Origin: Legionellaceae bacterium
GTDB taxonomy: Bacteria > Pseudomonadota > Gammaproteobacteria > Legionellales > Legionellaceae
Length of the DNA stretch: 59,635 nucleotides
Direction: 5' to 3'
Assembly: GCA_947505025.1 (NCBI GenBank)
Contig: CANNIJ010000001.1
Span: 1-59,635 of the forward strand
Of this stretch, positions 26,428 through 36,999 are shown piece by piece. The notes beneath the pieces were generated by a model. That model was given only the letters and a program-made list of their open reading frames with translations. It was not told the origin of the DNA and searched no databases. The translations under genes were made by a program, and so were the position numbers. The stretch's first letter is position 1; each line of letters starts with the position of its first letter.

Positions 26428-26967
26428 ATGAATAACTCATACATAAAAAATCTTTCAATTATGGCATTAGCTGCTTGTTTCATGTGGACCCAACATTTAA
26501 ATGCTGATGTATTGCCAACTGATGCCGCTTATTGCGTACAATCTGGTGGTTCTGTTGAGCTTATGCCTGCAGAATTTATGACGCATAATGGTCGAGTGCT
26601 GGGTCAGTCTAAATCCTTTTGCACATTTTCGGCTGACAATGGATTTATTGCAATCGGCCTGGAAACTTTTGCCTCGCCAAAGCCTAGTATTGCTGCAACT
26701 TATATTAAAACCCTAGCAGAGATTGATGAAAACTCTGATTTGTGGAAAGGAACTTCGGCAAACCCATCTTATAAAGTATGTAAAAATCTCAACGGCACCA
26801 TGATTGGATTTGGATTCAACGGTTCTTTTACTAACGCATTAGGCGCCGTGGATATTTGTGTTTTCGGTGATGGTAGCATGGTCAGTGCTTGGTCATTAAT
26901 CTACATGGCTAATCATCGTGATGGTTATGATGCTATCAAACAACAAGTTAGAGCTGCACCGATGTAA
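26428..26967 (+). CDS. Secreted DUF333-like (putative hemolysin family) protein
   Basis: From the internal ATG (MNNSYIKNLSIMALAACF...) there is a signal peptide. AAYCVQSGGSVE...SKSFCTF resembles the DUF333 pattern, and a second weaker copy follows (CKNLNGT...DICVFGDGS). Confidence 0.6.
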   Translation: MNNSYIKNLSIMALAACFMWTQHLNADVLPTDAAYCVQSGGSVELMPAEFMTHNGRVLGQSKSFCTFSADNGFIAIGLETFASPKPSIAATYIKTLAEIDENSDLWKGTSANPSYKVCKNLNGTMIGFGFNGSFTNALGAVDICVFGDGSMVSAWSLIYMANHRDGYDAIKQQVRAAPM

Positions 26968-26978
26968 ATCAAGTAGAA

Positions 26979-27902
26979 CTAAGACTGGCCGTCAGTATTA
27001 TCCAAAATTAGCTGAAGGCCAGCCAATATATCAAGATGGTGTGGCGTCAATGGCAATGTCGCTTTTCCTAAAATGCTATATAAATTTTTCTGCTGACCCA
27101 AGCGCAGTGCATTTAAGTGAAGTTGTACAGTAGCCATATCACCACGTTGTATCGGCCCAGTAAGTGCATGCGCAGGTTCGGATTGTTGACAGATTTGATC
27201 TACTGTACCTTGCATCAAGTTTACCACTAAATTCATGGCCATTTTTTTATCAACCCCGGCATCCAGCAAGCATAACCAAGATTGCTGCGCCAAAGTAACT
27301 ATATAATTACTCGCAAAAACAGCAGCAGCATGATATACAGCTTTGAAATTTGGGTCGATTTCATGTGTGATGGCACCAATTAACTTTAATAACGGTTTTA
27401 ATAAAAATACAGCCGATACATCACCTTCAATGGTACAATATGTACCGCTGAATTTCTCCAGACTGATATTTGGACTAGAAAAACTGCGTAAAGGATATAC
27501 TCCGGCCACCTTATAGCCCAGTGCATGTAATGGGGATAAGATGGTGCAACTTAATGCGCCACTGCAATGTACTATTACACTATTCGGCCTATAAATACCG
27601 TCCAAACATATTTGATCTACTATGCTGGAAATAATATCATCAGGGGTCGTCAATAATGTGATCTCGGCAGGTGGTAATTCGCATATATACTGGCATGCAG
27701 TTCCAGAGCCAATAAAATTTATGGCGTTTTGTGCTGATTCGATTGTTTGATTACAAATTCCACCAACAACAACACCGGCGTCGCGCACCAACAGCGCACC
27801 TAATGTCTTGCCAACACGTCCAGCACCGATTATATTGACATTCAAAGCTGACATAGAATAAATTGCTCTTTGACTATGATCTGTATCATAAAACATTGCC
27901 AA
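26979..27902 (-). CDS. Rossmann-fold NAD(P)-binding protein, DUF2520-like (possible PanG-type reductase)
   Basis: VNIIGAGRVGKTLG is a dinucleotide-binding motif. The likely real start is the ATG at 27854 (MSALNVN...). The link to PanG is from memory only. Confidence 0.6.
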   Translation of the reverse strand: MAMFYDTDHSQRAIYSMSALNVNIIGAGRVGKTLGALLVRDAGVVVGGICNQTIESAQNAINFIGSGTACQYICELPPAEITLLTTPDDIISSIVDQICLDGIYRPNSVIVHCSGALSCTILSPLHALGYKVAGVYPLRSFSSPNISLEKFSGTYCTIEGDVSAVFLLKPLLKLIGAITHEIDPNFKAVYHAAAVFASNYIVTLAQQSWLCLLDAGVDKKMAMNLVVNLMQGTVDQICQQSEPAHALTGPIQRGDMATVQLHLNALRLGQQKNLYSILGKATLPLTPHHLDILAGLQLILDNTDGQS

Positions 27903-28038
27903 TAATATTAGGACGTATTGAGCATAAAATCAATATGTACGCAACAAAATATAGCTGCAGAACGGTTCATATTCGTTTTATTTATCCAAATGTAATCTGT
28001 ATACTAACCTAAATTCTTCAATGGTTATTTGGGTTTTA

Positions 28039-28950
28039 ATGCTTCGTATCGCAACACGTAAAAGCCCTTTGGCATTGTGGCAAGCTGAGTCTGTGCGTGC
28101 ACAATTATTAATATACTGGCCACTACAAAAGATTAGCCTGATTCCTATGGTTACATCAGGTGATCGCTGGTTACAAGGCCGACTCCAGTCAGTTGGTGGT
28201 AAAGGATTATTTGTTAAAGAATTAGAAGAGGCTTTGCTGGATGATCGGGCTGACTTTGCAGTGCATTCAATGAAAGATGTACCTGCAGCCTTTCCAGCTG
28301 GACTTGGTTTAGCTGCAATTTGTAAACGTGATCATCCTCTGGATGCTTTTATTAGCCTTAAATATAAAAGTTTAAACGATTTGCCAATCGGTGCATGCAT
28401 TGGTACCTCTAGTCTGCGTCGACAGTCACAATTACTCGCTTATCGGCCTGACTTGGTGATCCATCCTTTGCGCGGAAATATTAATACTCGCATAAAAAAA
28501 CTTGAAGCTGGTGAATTTGATGGAATAATCCTGGCTCGCGCAGGCTTAGAACGTATGGGTTTAATAAGCTTGATCACTGAAACTTTAAGTGAAAATATAA
28601 TGCTACCTGCCTGCGGTCAAGGAGCATTAGGTATAGAATGTAAATTAGATCGCGTGGATCTAATTAAATTACTCGCGCCACTTAATGACCTAAAAACGGC
28701 CGTTTGTATTAAATGTGAACGTGAGGTGAATCGGCGTCTGGGCGGTAATTGCCATGTGCCGTTAGCTGTATATTGTCAATATATGCCTGATAATGAATTA
28801 TACCTACAAGCAAAAATCGTCACACCTAACGGTGACTTAATCTTGAGTGATGTAAAACGTGGACCTCAAATGCAGGCTATGTCATTAAGCGAACAATGCG
28901 CAAATGATTTACTAGCTAACGGAGCTGACGAACTTTTGAAAAACTTATGA
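28039..28950 (+). CDS. hemC: Hydroxymethylbilane synthase (porphobilinogen deaminase)
   Basis: MLRIATRKSPLALWQAE, GGKGLFVKELE and SSLRRQSQL are HemC-type blocks. The ATG at 28039 is preferred over 28021. Confidence 0.94.
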   Translation: MLRIATRKSPLALWQAESVRAQLLIYWPLQKISLIPMVTSGDRWLQGRLQSVGGKGLFVKELEEALLDDRADFAVHSMKDVPAAFPAGLGLAAICKRDHPLDAFISLKYKSLNDLPIGACIGTSSLRRQSQLLAYRPDLVIHPLRGNINTRIKKLEAGEFDGIILARAGLERMGLISLITETLSENIMLPACGQGALGIECKLDRVDLIKLLAPLNDLKTAVCIKCEREVNRRLGGNCHVPLAVYCQYMPDNELYLQAKIVTPNGDLILSDVKRGPQMQAMSLSEQCANDLLANGADELLKNL

Positions 28951-29720
28951 ATCAGCCTAAATGTTTATTAAATACTAGGCCTTTAGAACAGGGTATTGCT
29001 TTAAACAAATCCATTGAGGACATTGGCTGGCACGCGGTGCATTGGCCGGCATTGATAATACAACCTACGCCAGAAATCTGGATCAATGCCATGCCTCAAT
29101 TGGACTTAATCCAAACAGCTATTTTTATCAGCCCCAATGCCGTGCATTTCTTTTTCAAAACATTACAACAAAACAATCATTCATGGCCAGAAAAAATACA
29201 GACACTAGCATTGGGACTGGCCAGCGCCGATGCCCTGCGCGGATATAACATCAATTCAACGTGTATACCCATGATGGCAGACAGCGAAAACCTCCTAGAT
29301 ATGCCCGAGTTAAAGAATGTCAGTAGCCGTCAAATTTTGTTAATCAAAGGTGTGGGTGGACGAGAACTAATAGAAGTCAGTCTGGCTGCCAGTGGTGCAA
29401 ATATACATAAGTTAGATGTTTATCAGCGTGCTGCTCCCACAGAACTCAGCGATGAACTGATGCATTTATGGAAAAAAGATGCAATCGATCTTATACTATT
29501 TACAAGTCAACAATCTATGCAGAATCTATGGTGTTTACTTGAAGAACCTGCTCGAATATGGATGTGTCGCACACCATGCTTGGTAATTAGTCCACGTCTA
29601 GCCGCAGCGGCTAAATCATATGGCGTTCACTCAGTTATACAAACCACATGGCCCAATATGATCAATACAATCAAGGAATTTACCCATGACGACTCCAGAA
29701 ACAATTCCCAAACAAAGTAG
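28947..29720 (+). CDS. hemD: Uroporphyrinogen-III synthase
   Basis: It overlaps the hemC stop. The 257-aa size and the position in the hemCDXY order support the call. Confidence 0.8.
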   Translation: MNQPKCLLNTRPLEQGIALNKSIEDIGWHAVHWPALIIQPTPEIWINAMPQLDLIQTAIFISPNAVHFFFKTLQQNNHSWPEKIQTLALGLASADALRGYNINSTCIPMMADSENLLDMPELKNVSSRQILLIKGVGGRELIEVSLAASGANIHKLDVYQRAAPTELSDELMHLWKKDAIDLILFTSQQSMQNLWCLLEEPARIWMCRTPCLVISPRLAAAAKSYGVHSVIQTTWPNMINTIKEFTHDDSRNNSQTK

Positions 29721-30630
29721 TAGCTCAAATATTATCATTCCATCTATATTAAGTGTGTTAATTGTACTCATGGGCATAACACTGCTGTATGTATACCTGG
29801 ACACTCAGGCTAAAAATCAGTCAATTCGCAATTTGATACACCGCGTAACTAAGCTGCAGTCAATCACCCAAACTAACATTAATAAAGAACATCTGGCCAC
29901 AGTAAACGCCCTGGATATACAGAGCCAAGCTATCCGGCAATTAGAAAATAAAATCACACTCAATGCTCAGGAAAAAGTATCAGAACCATCTGATGATACT
30001 TTCACTGTCAACAAAGCACATGCATTGCTCGATCTTGCACAAACAAACGCTTATTGGACTGATGATACACGTACCACTGTGGCACTATTAGATCAAGCAG
30101 ACACTCTGCTAGCTCAAACCAAAAATCCTAAAATGCTGCCCATTCGTGCCGCTATAGCCAGAGAGCGTACACATCAACTAAATGTTCAGCACGTTGATGT
30201 GATCCGTATTTTATCGCAATTAGCAGCAGATCAAACATTAATAAATACACTACCACTCAAACAAATTGATCCAAATCCATCAATTAAACCTGGTGTAACT
30301 AATGCAGTGCAATCTGCATGGGAAAAGCTGCAAAGCCTGATAATTTTAAGTCATCATGATGCTGCAACACCGGTAACCCTTACATTCACTGATGCAATAT
30401 ATATGCGTGCGGCCTTGTCTTTAGATTTTGAAAATGCACAATGGGCTGTATTACATAATCAACCAGCAATTTTCATATTATCTTTAAAGGATGCCGTACG
30501 GATTTTAAATCGAGGATTTGATCAGCATGCTAGTGCTCAATTAAAAAAACATCTAATCGAATTACAACAGCAAACAATAAATATCAAAACACCAATCACG
30601 CAAGATTTTAGTCTGGGAGAATCAGCATGA
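29686..30630 (+). CDS. hemX: HemX-family membrane protein
   Basis: It has one N-terminal TM helix followed by a coiled/Q-rich region. Its position after hemD is conserved. Confidence 0.7.
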   Translation: MTTPETIPKQSSSSNIIIPSILSVLIVLMGITLLYVYLDTQAKNQSIRNLIHRVTKLQSITQTNINKEHLATVNALDIQSQAIRQLENKITLNAQEKVSEPSDDTFTVNKAHALLDLAQTNAYWTDDTRTTVALLDQADTLLAQTKNPKMLPIRAAIARERTHQLNVQHVDVIRILSQLAADQTLINTLPLKQIDPNPSIKPGVTNAVQSAWEKLQSLIILSHHDAATPVTLTFTDAIYMRAALSLDFENAQWAVLHNQPAIFILSLKDAVRILNRGFDQHASAQLKKHLIELQQQTINIKTPITQDFSLGESA

Positions 30631-31829
30631 TGTTACGAGTGTTAGTTTTATTTATCATATTAATGGCTTCGATTACTATTGGACTACAATTACACCAAGA
30701 TCCTGGACATGTACTCATCGCTTTTCATCATTGGACCATAGAATCCACACTTGGAGTGGCATTAATCGCTATAATTATGTTTTTTTTAGTTTTACGCTTG
30801 ATCGGCTGGCTGATATCCAGCATCTCAAATGCCCCGGGCAAATATATTAAATGGCTTAAATCCAAGCGCACTCAACGCGCAGAAAAACAAACCCGCCAAG
30901 GTCTGATTGAATTTACCGAAGGTCAATGGAAATTAGCTAAAAAACATTTAACTCATGCAATGCCGGATACCAGTGACCCTTTGGTCAATTATCTAACTGC
31001 AGCACGTGCAGCACAAGAACTCGGTGATTCCGTCTTACGCGACCACTACCTTGAGCAAGCCAGAGTAGCCGTGCCAGACGCAGAGATCGGTATCTCTTTA
31101 ACTAAATCCGAACTGCAGATAGATAATCGGCAGTTTGAGCTAGCACTGCGTACCCTAGAGGATCTACACGCACGCGTACCAAATCATCCATACGTTTTAA
31201 AACATTTAATACAAGTAAATTCTGCCATGGGCAATTATGCGCAATGTATGTTGCTGTTGCCTGAGTGCAAACGTTTGCACGTCCTGCCAAAAAATCAACT
31301 ACAGGCACTGGAACAAAAATTATATCTGCAGACTTTGCAGGAACATATCCTTAATGATGAATTAGATACAATAAATTCATTTATCGATAAATTACCTAAA
31401 GAATTAAGCAATGATTCAGCGATCCAAACTACATATGCGGATTACTTGATTCGTAAACAACAAGATATCACTGCTGAAACCATTTTGCGTAAAGGATTAC
31501 AAATCAAACTAGATGATGCGATGTTAGATCTTTATGGTCAACTTACATCAGGATGTGCAGAACGCACTTTTATAGTGAAACTATTGAAAAAGCAACCAAA
31601 TAACGGCAGGCTCTGGTTATGTTTAGCCCAAATCGACACTAAGAACAGCTTGTGGGGGCAGGCAATACATGCCTTTGAAAGTAGTATTCAAGCACAACCT
31701 ACACCCCAGGCATATGCTGGATTGGCGACCTTATTTGAACAGCTAAACGACAAAGAACAGGCATTAAAAATCTACCGAGCTGGACTGGATCTGGTCTTGT
31801 GCAAAACGCTTGTGAATACGCTTGACTAA
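30627..31829 (+). CDS. hemY: HemY-family membrane/TPR protein
   Basis: It has two N-terminal TM helices and a TPR-like C-terminal part. Its position after hemX is conserved. Confidence 0.75.
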   Translation: MMLRVLVLFIILMASITIGLQLHQDPGHVLIAFHHWTIESTLGVALIAIIMFFLVLRLIGWLISSISNAPGKYIKWLKSKRTQRAEKQTRQGLIEFTEGQWKLAKKHLTHAMPDTSDPLVNYLTAARAAQELGDSVLRDHYLEQARVAVPDAEIGISLTKSELQIDNRQFELALRTLEDLHARVPNHPYVLKHLIQVNSAMGNYAQCMLLLPECKRLHVLPKNQLQALEQKLYLQTLQEHILNDELDTINSFIDKLPKELSNDSAIQTTYADYLIRKQQDITAETILRKGLQIKLDDAMLDLYGQLTSGCAERTFIVKLLKKQPNNGRLWLCLAQIDTKNSLWGQAIHAFESSIQAQPTPQAYAGLATLFEQLNDKEQALKIYRAGLDLVLCKTLVNTLD

Positions 31830-33158
31830 GTTTGTATGAATATCACCAAAACCACGATTACTCATAATTAAGACAGCATCGCCGGCTCTTAGTTTAGGGA
31901 CCATGGCATCTAATAAATCAGTAACCCCGCCGCATTGTACATATGATACAGAAGATTTTTTTGAAAACATTTCAAGATTCTCTGTTTTAGAACTCAAGCA
32001 ATAAATAAGATCTACTGCCTGTAAAGCATTAACCATTACATCATCATGAATACCTGATCGCATTGTATACGAAGCAAATTCTAATACTGCAATAATTCTT
32101 GTATGCCTGGCGCTATTATGTAATGCCTGAGTGGTCTTCATAATTGCCGTTGGATGATGCGCAAAATCATCGTAAACCGTTATGCCGTATTGATTTAACT
32201 TAACTTCTAAACGTCGTTTAACCGGAGTAAATACGCTCAATGCAGCCGCGGCAAGCTTTGGATCAACGCCCGCACGTGCACTCGCTGCAATCGCGGCCAA
32301 TCCATTTTCTACATTAAAGTGTCCCATTAAATCCCACTCAACTTGAGCGACTGGACACCCTTTATGCCAAACCACAAAAACTCCGCCACTGGGATCTAAG
32401 ACTTCAGCACGCCAATCTGACTGGCCGTGCAAAGATATTGTTTGATGCTCACTCCATAATCCGCGTTCTAAAACTTGATTTAAGGCTGTATCATGCTGTG
32501 GAGATAAGACTAAACCATTTGCGGGTATAGTCCGTAAAAAATAATGAAATTGCGTTTGAATTGCAGCTAAATCAGGATAAATATCTGCATGATCAAATTC
32601 TAAATTATTTAAAATCGCAATTTCTGGACGATAATGCATGAATTTAGGACGTTTATCAAAAAACGCACTGTCATATTCATCGGACTCAATCACAAACCAT
32701 TCGCCGGTTCCTAGCTGAGCACTAGTATTAAAATCAGAAGATACACCACCAATTAAAAATCCAGGCTGCAGTCCAGCATAATGTAAAATAAAAGCCAACA
32801 TCGATGTTGTCGTGGTTTTTCCGTGTGTACCAGCAACGGCAATCACACGATAACGCGGCAAGATTTCCTGAGCCAACCATGCTGGTCCAGAAGTATATGA
32901 TTTACGCGCATCTAAAATCGCCTCAACCACAGGCATGCCGCGCTTTAGTGCATTACCGACTATTACTCGATCAGCACTTAAGGCGGCCTGGGTGCTATCA
33001 TAACCATCGGTCCAGCTGATATTATTTTCAGTTAATAAATCACTAATCGGCGGATAACAAGCGGTATCACTACCAGTCACAACATGACCCGATGCACGCG
33101 CAAGCAATGCCAGCGCACTCATAAAAGTTCCACTTATCCCTAAAAAATGTAAATGCAT
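31764..33158 (-). CDS. mpl: UDP-N-acetylmuramate:L-alanyl-gamma-D-glutamyl-meso-DAP ligase
   Basis: MHLHFLGISGTFMSALALLA and the Mur ligase P-loop VAGTHGKTTTTSM are present. The 3' end overlaps hemY convergently by 66 nt. Confidence 0.92.
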   Translation of the reverse strand: MHLHFLGISGTFMSALALLARASGHVVTGSDTACYPPISDLLTENNISWTDGYDSTQAALSADRVIVGNALKRGMPVVEAILDARKSYTSGPAWLAQEILPRYRVIAVAGTHGKTTTTSMLAFILHYAGLQPGFLIGGVSSDFNTSAQLGTGEWFVIESDEYDSAFFDKRPKFMHYRPEIAILNNLEFDHADIYPDLAAIQTQFHYFLRTIPANGLVLSPQHDTALNQVLERGLWSEHQTISLHGQSDWRAEVLDPSGGVFVVWHKGCPVAQVEWDLMGHFNVENGLAAIAASARAGVDPKLAAAALSVFTPVKRRLEVKLNQYGITVYDDFAHHPTAIMKTTQALHNSARHTRIIAVLEFASYTMRSGIHDDVMVNALQAVDLIYCLSSKTENLEMFSKKSSVSYVQCGGVTDLLDAMVPKLRAGDAVLIMSNRGFGDIHTNLVKRIHKRFAQDQIQSSSVDF

Positions 33159-33165
33159 GCCAACC

Positions 33166-36100
33166 TCATGGAGTTAATTTTTTATGCGCCACACCTTTGT
33201 GATCAATACTAACTTGTTGAACCACTGGATCAGTCCATGGTCCAGTTACTTTGTACGTATAACCACTAATTTTTTGCATGCCTGTATTAATAATTTTACT
33301 CGCAACCCAAGTTGCAATTCCGGCCACAGGACCACCAGCAATTGTAGCCACTACGGGTAAACTAGCCGCAATGTAGGGTGAGATCCGTAAATCAATATCA
33401 TATAAATGACGCTGCAAATCTAAATCACCGGTCATGCCAGCATATGCTACAGGTCCATCAACATAGCTATCTTGAGTGTTCATAATACCGTTTTTCAGCA
33501 GGAAACTGCCTTTAAACACATCAAAGGTATAACCTTCCTCAGATAAGTCACTGAAGTCCAGAGTAAGTCTGCGCGGGATTGTTTGTAAACTTAATATACT
33601 TAATAATTTACCAAACCCGAGTTTTTTTTCTGTTTCAGGATCTAAATGACTAACCCGTCCCTTTTTAAAAGTAACTTGCATTTGCCCGGTGCATCTAGCT
33701 AATGAAAAATCGTTATATCCACCGGTCCAAGCTCCCTCAAAATCAATCTGACCCTGACGTGCATGCACAGCCGGAGTAATCGATAAACGTTCTAAACTTT
33801 TTCCCAGATCTTGAATCTGGAGTTTTGCAACCACATTGGTTTTATTTTTAAGGCCTTGCATGATCCAGTCTCCATGCGCATCCAAAGCATATTCTGGTGT
33901 ATATAAATGAGCCTGCTCTAAAATCCAGTGATCAGTTGTTCGATGGCCTTTTAAGGCCAAGCTACCTAGTTCTATCTGCCCGACTTTCAATAAATCAATC
34001 GTTAGATCCAAATTAGGTAAATTAGCTGGTGTTAGCTTTATATGTGATTCTTTAACTGTTTGTTGTGGCTTATCCAGCCATAAATGCTGTACATGACCGG
34101 TAATTACATTGTCTTTAATATAATAATGCAGTTGTGCTGTGATATTACGTTGTTGAACATCAAGCGCCCAATGATTACTGGTGATTGGTTGTGCTTTGAT
34201 CGACAAATCTTTGTACATATTATCCAAGAACCATGCGTGATGTACCTCTAGATTAACTGAACTTATGTGGTCTAAAAATGAATTTTGATCTATTTGAGGC
34301 TGGGAAAACACTTTGTGCCATGCGTCGGCCTTAAACTCTGGGATTTTACCAGCAATCCTCAGGCCTGCCGTGGCTGGCAAAGTTGCCGATCCAGTTCCAA
34401 CATGGATTTCACCCTTACGCAATACCAAACCTTTTTTGGTAGGTCCAAATAAAGCGACACTGCTTAGTGTATCCTTGTAAGATAAGCTAAAATCAATATT
34501 TTTTTCTTGATAGAATACTGCTTTTATCACCAAAGGTGCCTGTTCGTCAGCGGATTTACCGTACGGTGCCGGCAAGTCTATAGCCATGCCGGCCAGTGAA
34601 GTAGAAAGATTCAAATAAGCTGGTTGAGCTGGGTTATCATATAAAGTTAGTCCACTGTCTACTTTAATTGGTCCGTGCATCAAAAAGCTCAATGGAAATT
34701 CAAATGTACGGCGTAACTCTTCTGCAGTCACTGTTCCTTGCAGGTTAATTTGCGTGTGTGGCTCAGGATCTGTAAAAGATTCAGCCGTCAAGCTCATAGG
34801 TGCACTAGCGATTGTGCCAGTTAATCTGCCGTCAGTAAGGCCGTGTTCATTGAACTGCAACACACCAGATAATTGATCTACACTGATATCCTGTGCAAAA
34901 CCATGAATTAAACCAGGATTATGATCAAAAGACAGACTTCCTTTGGCATAGACCTGATCCCGAGCCGTATATAAAGGTAAATCTAAGCTTAGATCTAAAT
35001 CTACAGGATCCTGTAATTCAAGCAAACTCAATTTATTTAAACGTCGCCTGAGAGGACTCGCAAATACATATGCCTTCATATCGGCCGCCAAAGCTTGCAC
35101 GCGACCATGAATTAATAAGACTTCCTGCCCCAGGCCTATGCCGTCAATGCCTACGTTGGCTTGTAGAACTGGCACACCTTGCAATATCGCATGATCAACA
35201 TTTGCGTCCAAATGACGCTGATTGACGGTAATATCCGCGTCAATATCATTATTTACCGGCCAATCTTTATTAATTAATAAATCAACGCCATTCACATGAC
35301 CCTGCACAGTAAAGGTTCCAGTATGATCATCAAAAGGAAAATTAGCCCATTTGCCATTAATCTCTAATCTACCACTCGCGGTACCTATACGAGTAACATC
35401 ATGCATTAACCATTCAGCTAATTTTGGCTTTAACTCATCTGTGGGCAAATATGCTAATAACGATGCAGCATCTTTAGCATAAAATTCTGCTGTAACACGT
35501 ACTTGACGATCATTTACAGATAAAGCCTGATCCACCGCCCCCTGCGCACTCATGACTAACTGTGGATGACGCAGAACAAATCGATCCATACTGATGCGTA
35601 AACCATTACTTAATCTTTGCCAATTCCAAGCCGCATTTACCATTTTAAAGGTCAAAGGTTTTGTGTTTTTTGGAATAATCGTCGTATTTTCACTGTCTAG
35701 TTCTAAACGTCCAGAGGTTGGCTGCCATGCCAATACTCCAGACAAATCTTGAACTCCAGGAAATTCATCGGTTGCATGCCAACCTAAATGATCAAAGCGT
35801 ACTAAGATTGTATCGAACTGACCTTTAGTACAAGACCATTGTAAATCATGTAGCTCACCCTCAGGCTGCCAACGCAGTAAATTTGCAATATCCATTGACC
35901 AGGGTAAATCAAGCGCAAATAATGGCCGCAACCATACTATTTTAGTGAAACCACGATAAATATCTGCTGCACGCTGATACTCTAATGAGAATGAGTTTTC
36001 TGGCCAAACCAAACCATCTAAAGTCACTTGCACCCGATCACCGCTCAACTGCCAACCTTTTTTAGTATTTTTCCAGTCCAAATTCGCACTAAATGACTGG

Positions 36101-36999
36101 AACACATGCTTTGATGGATCGCCGTGATGTTTCCACGCTAACGGCTGTGCATGTACATGAGATTGCACCGAACTTAACTTGCCAGAATTAAGATCAAACC
36201 ATAACTCAACATTAGCTTTACCGGTCTGAATTACGTATGTGCTCTCGGGAAAAAATCTTTGCCATTGCGCAGGAAACATATGTTGCATAGAAACATATAC
36301 GTGCCCACTTGGTTGCAAAATATGTGCTGCATCAATGGTTAAATCTGCAACAAAGTTAAAATCAGTGGGGTGTTTTTGCAACACTCTAGCACCACCATTT
36401 AATCGATAATGGCCAGTTGATTGTACACTGGTAAAATTCAAGTCACCTAACTTAAATAAAGTGCCATCATTCAAATATAAATCAACCGAAGCATGCTTGA
36501 TAACCATTTTTTGCTGAGCTAATAAACCCTCCAAAACCGGCAAGGCTATACTGCTATCCACGCGCATAACCTGTGATCCGCTGGGATTCAAACCTTCCAG
36601 GTCCCAACTATTATGGGTTTGATGCAAAATCAAGTGCACGTCTTCCATATACAAAACCCCTGGCTGAATTTGTAATTGCCAGAGTGAGCGAAAAACATTG
36701 ATCCCCAACCATAACTTCTTGAGTTCAATTACATGATGTTGTGCGTCTGCAATTGTAATTCCATCCATTTTTAATACCGGATGAAACCAATACCAACTGG
36801 TTTCCAAATCATGAATTTTTACTGGTTGTCCGAGTAATAAAGATAAGTGCTGCTCAATATTACCTTTGTACTGTTTTGCCCACGGGGTTAATGCACGAAA
36901 TGCTGTAAAAATAACTGCCAAAAAAATTAAAAAAACAATTGCCGGCACTCTGGATTTACGTAGTATCTTGAGCAATAACCGTCTTGATCCCGCGATCAT
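33166..36999 (-). CDS. yhdP: YhdP/AsmA-like large inner-membrane-anchored protein
   Basis: A 1277-aa product with a single N-terminal TM helix. The long beta-rich body and conserved C-terminal part are typical of YhdP. Confidence 0.8.
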   Translation of the reverse strand: MIAGSRRLLLKILRKSRVPAIVFLIFLAVIFTAFRALTPWAKQYKGNIEQHLSLLLGQPVKIHDLETSWYWFHPVLKMDGITIADAQHHVIELKKLWLGINVFRSLWQLQIQPGVLYMEDVHLILHQTHNSWDLEGLNPSGSQVMRVDSSIALPVLEGLLAQQKMVIKHASVDLYLNDGTLFKLGDLNFTSVQSTGHYRLNGGARVLQKHPTDFNFVADLTIDAAHILQPSGHVYVSMQHMFPAQWQRFFPESTYVIQTGKANVELWFDLNSGKLSSVQSHVHAQPLAWKHHGDPSKHVFQSFSANLDWKNTKKGWQLSGDRVQVTLDGLVWPENSFSLEYQRAADIYRGFTKIVWLRPLFALDLPWSMDIANLLRWQPEGELHDLQWSCTKGQFDTILVRFDHLGWHATDEFPGVQDLSGVLAWQPTSGRLELDSENTTIIPKNTKPLTFKMVNAAWNWQRLSNGLRISMDRFVLRHPQLVMSAQGAVDQALSVNDRQVRVTAEFYAKDAASLLAYLPTDELKPKLAEWLMHDVTRIGTASGRLEINGKWANFPFDDHTGTFTVQGHVNGVDLLINKDWPVNNDIDADITVNQRHLDANVDHAILQGVPVLQANVGIDGIGLGQEVLLIHGRVQALAADMKAYVFASPLRRRLNKLSLLELQDPVDLDLSLDLPLYTARDQVYAKGSLSFDHNPGLIHGFAQDISVDQLSGVLQFNEHGLTDGRLTGTIASAPMSLTAESFTDPEPHTQINLQGTVTAEELRRTFEFPLSFLMHGPIKVDSGLTLYDNPAQPAYLNLSTSLAGMAIDLPAPYGKSADEQAPLVIKAVFYQEKNIDFSLSYKDTLSSVALFGPTKKGLVLRKGEIHVGTGSATLPATAGLRIAGKIPEFKADAWHKVFSQPQIDQNSFLDHISSVNLEVHHAWFLDNMYKDLSIKAQPITSNHWALDVQQRNITAQLHYYIKDNVITGHVQHLWLDKPQQTVKESHIKLTPANLPNLDLTIDLLKVGQIELGSLALKGHRTTDHWILEQAHLYTPEYALDAHGDWIMQGLKNKTNVVAKLQIQDLGKSLERLSITPAVHARQGQIDFEGAWTGGYNDFSLARCTGQMQVTFKKGRVSHLDPETEKKLGFGKLLSILSLQTIPRRLTLDFSDLSEEGYTFDVFKGSFLLKNGIMNTQDSYVDGPVAYAGMTGDLDLQRHLYDIDLRISPYIAASLPVVATIAGGPVAGIATWVASKIINTGMQKISGYTYKVTGPWTDPVVQQVSIDHKGVAHKKLTP

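Noticed and set aside
31764-31829. A 66-nt convergent overlap of the hemY and mpl 3' ends.
   Set aside because: Both C-terminal extensions are low-information tails. The overlap is most simply a consequence of late stop codons and not a regulatory feature. Antisense effects cannot be excluded, but there is no evidence for them in the sequence.
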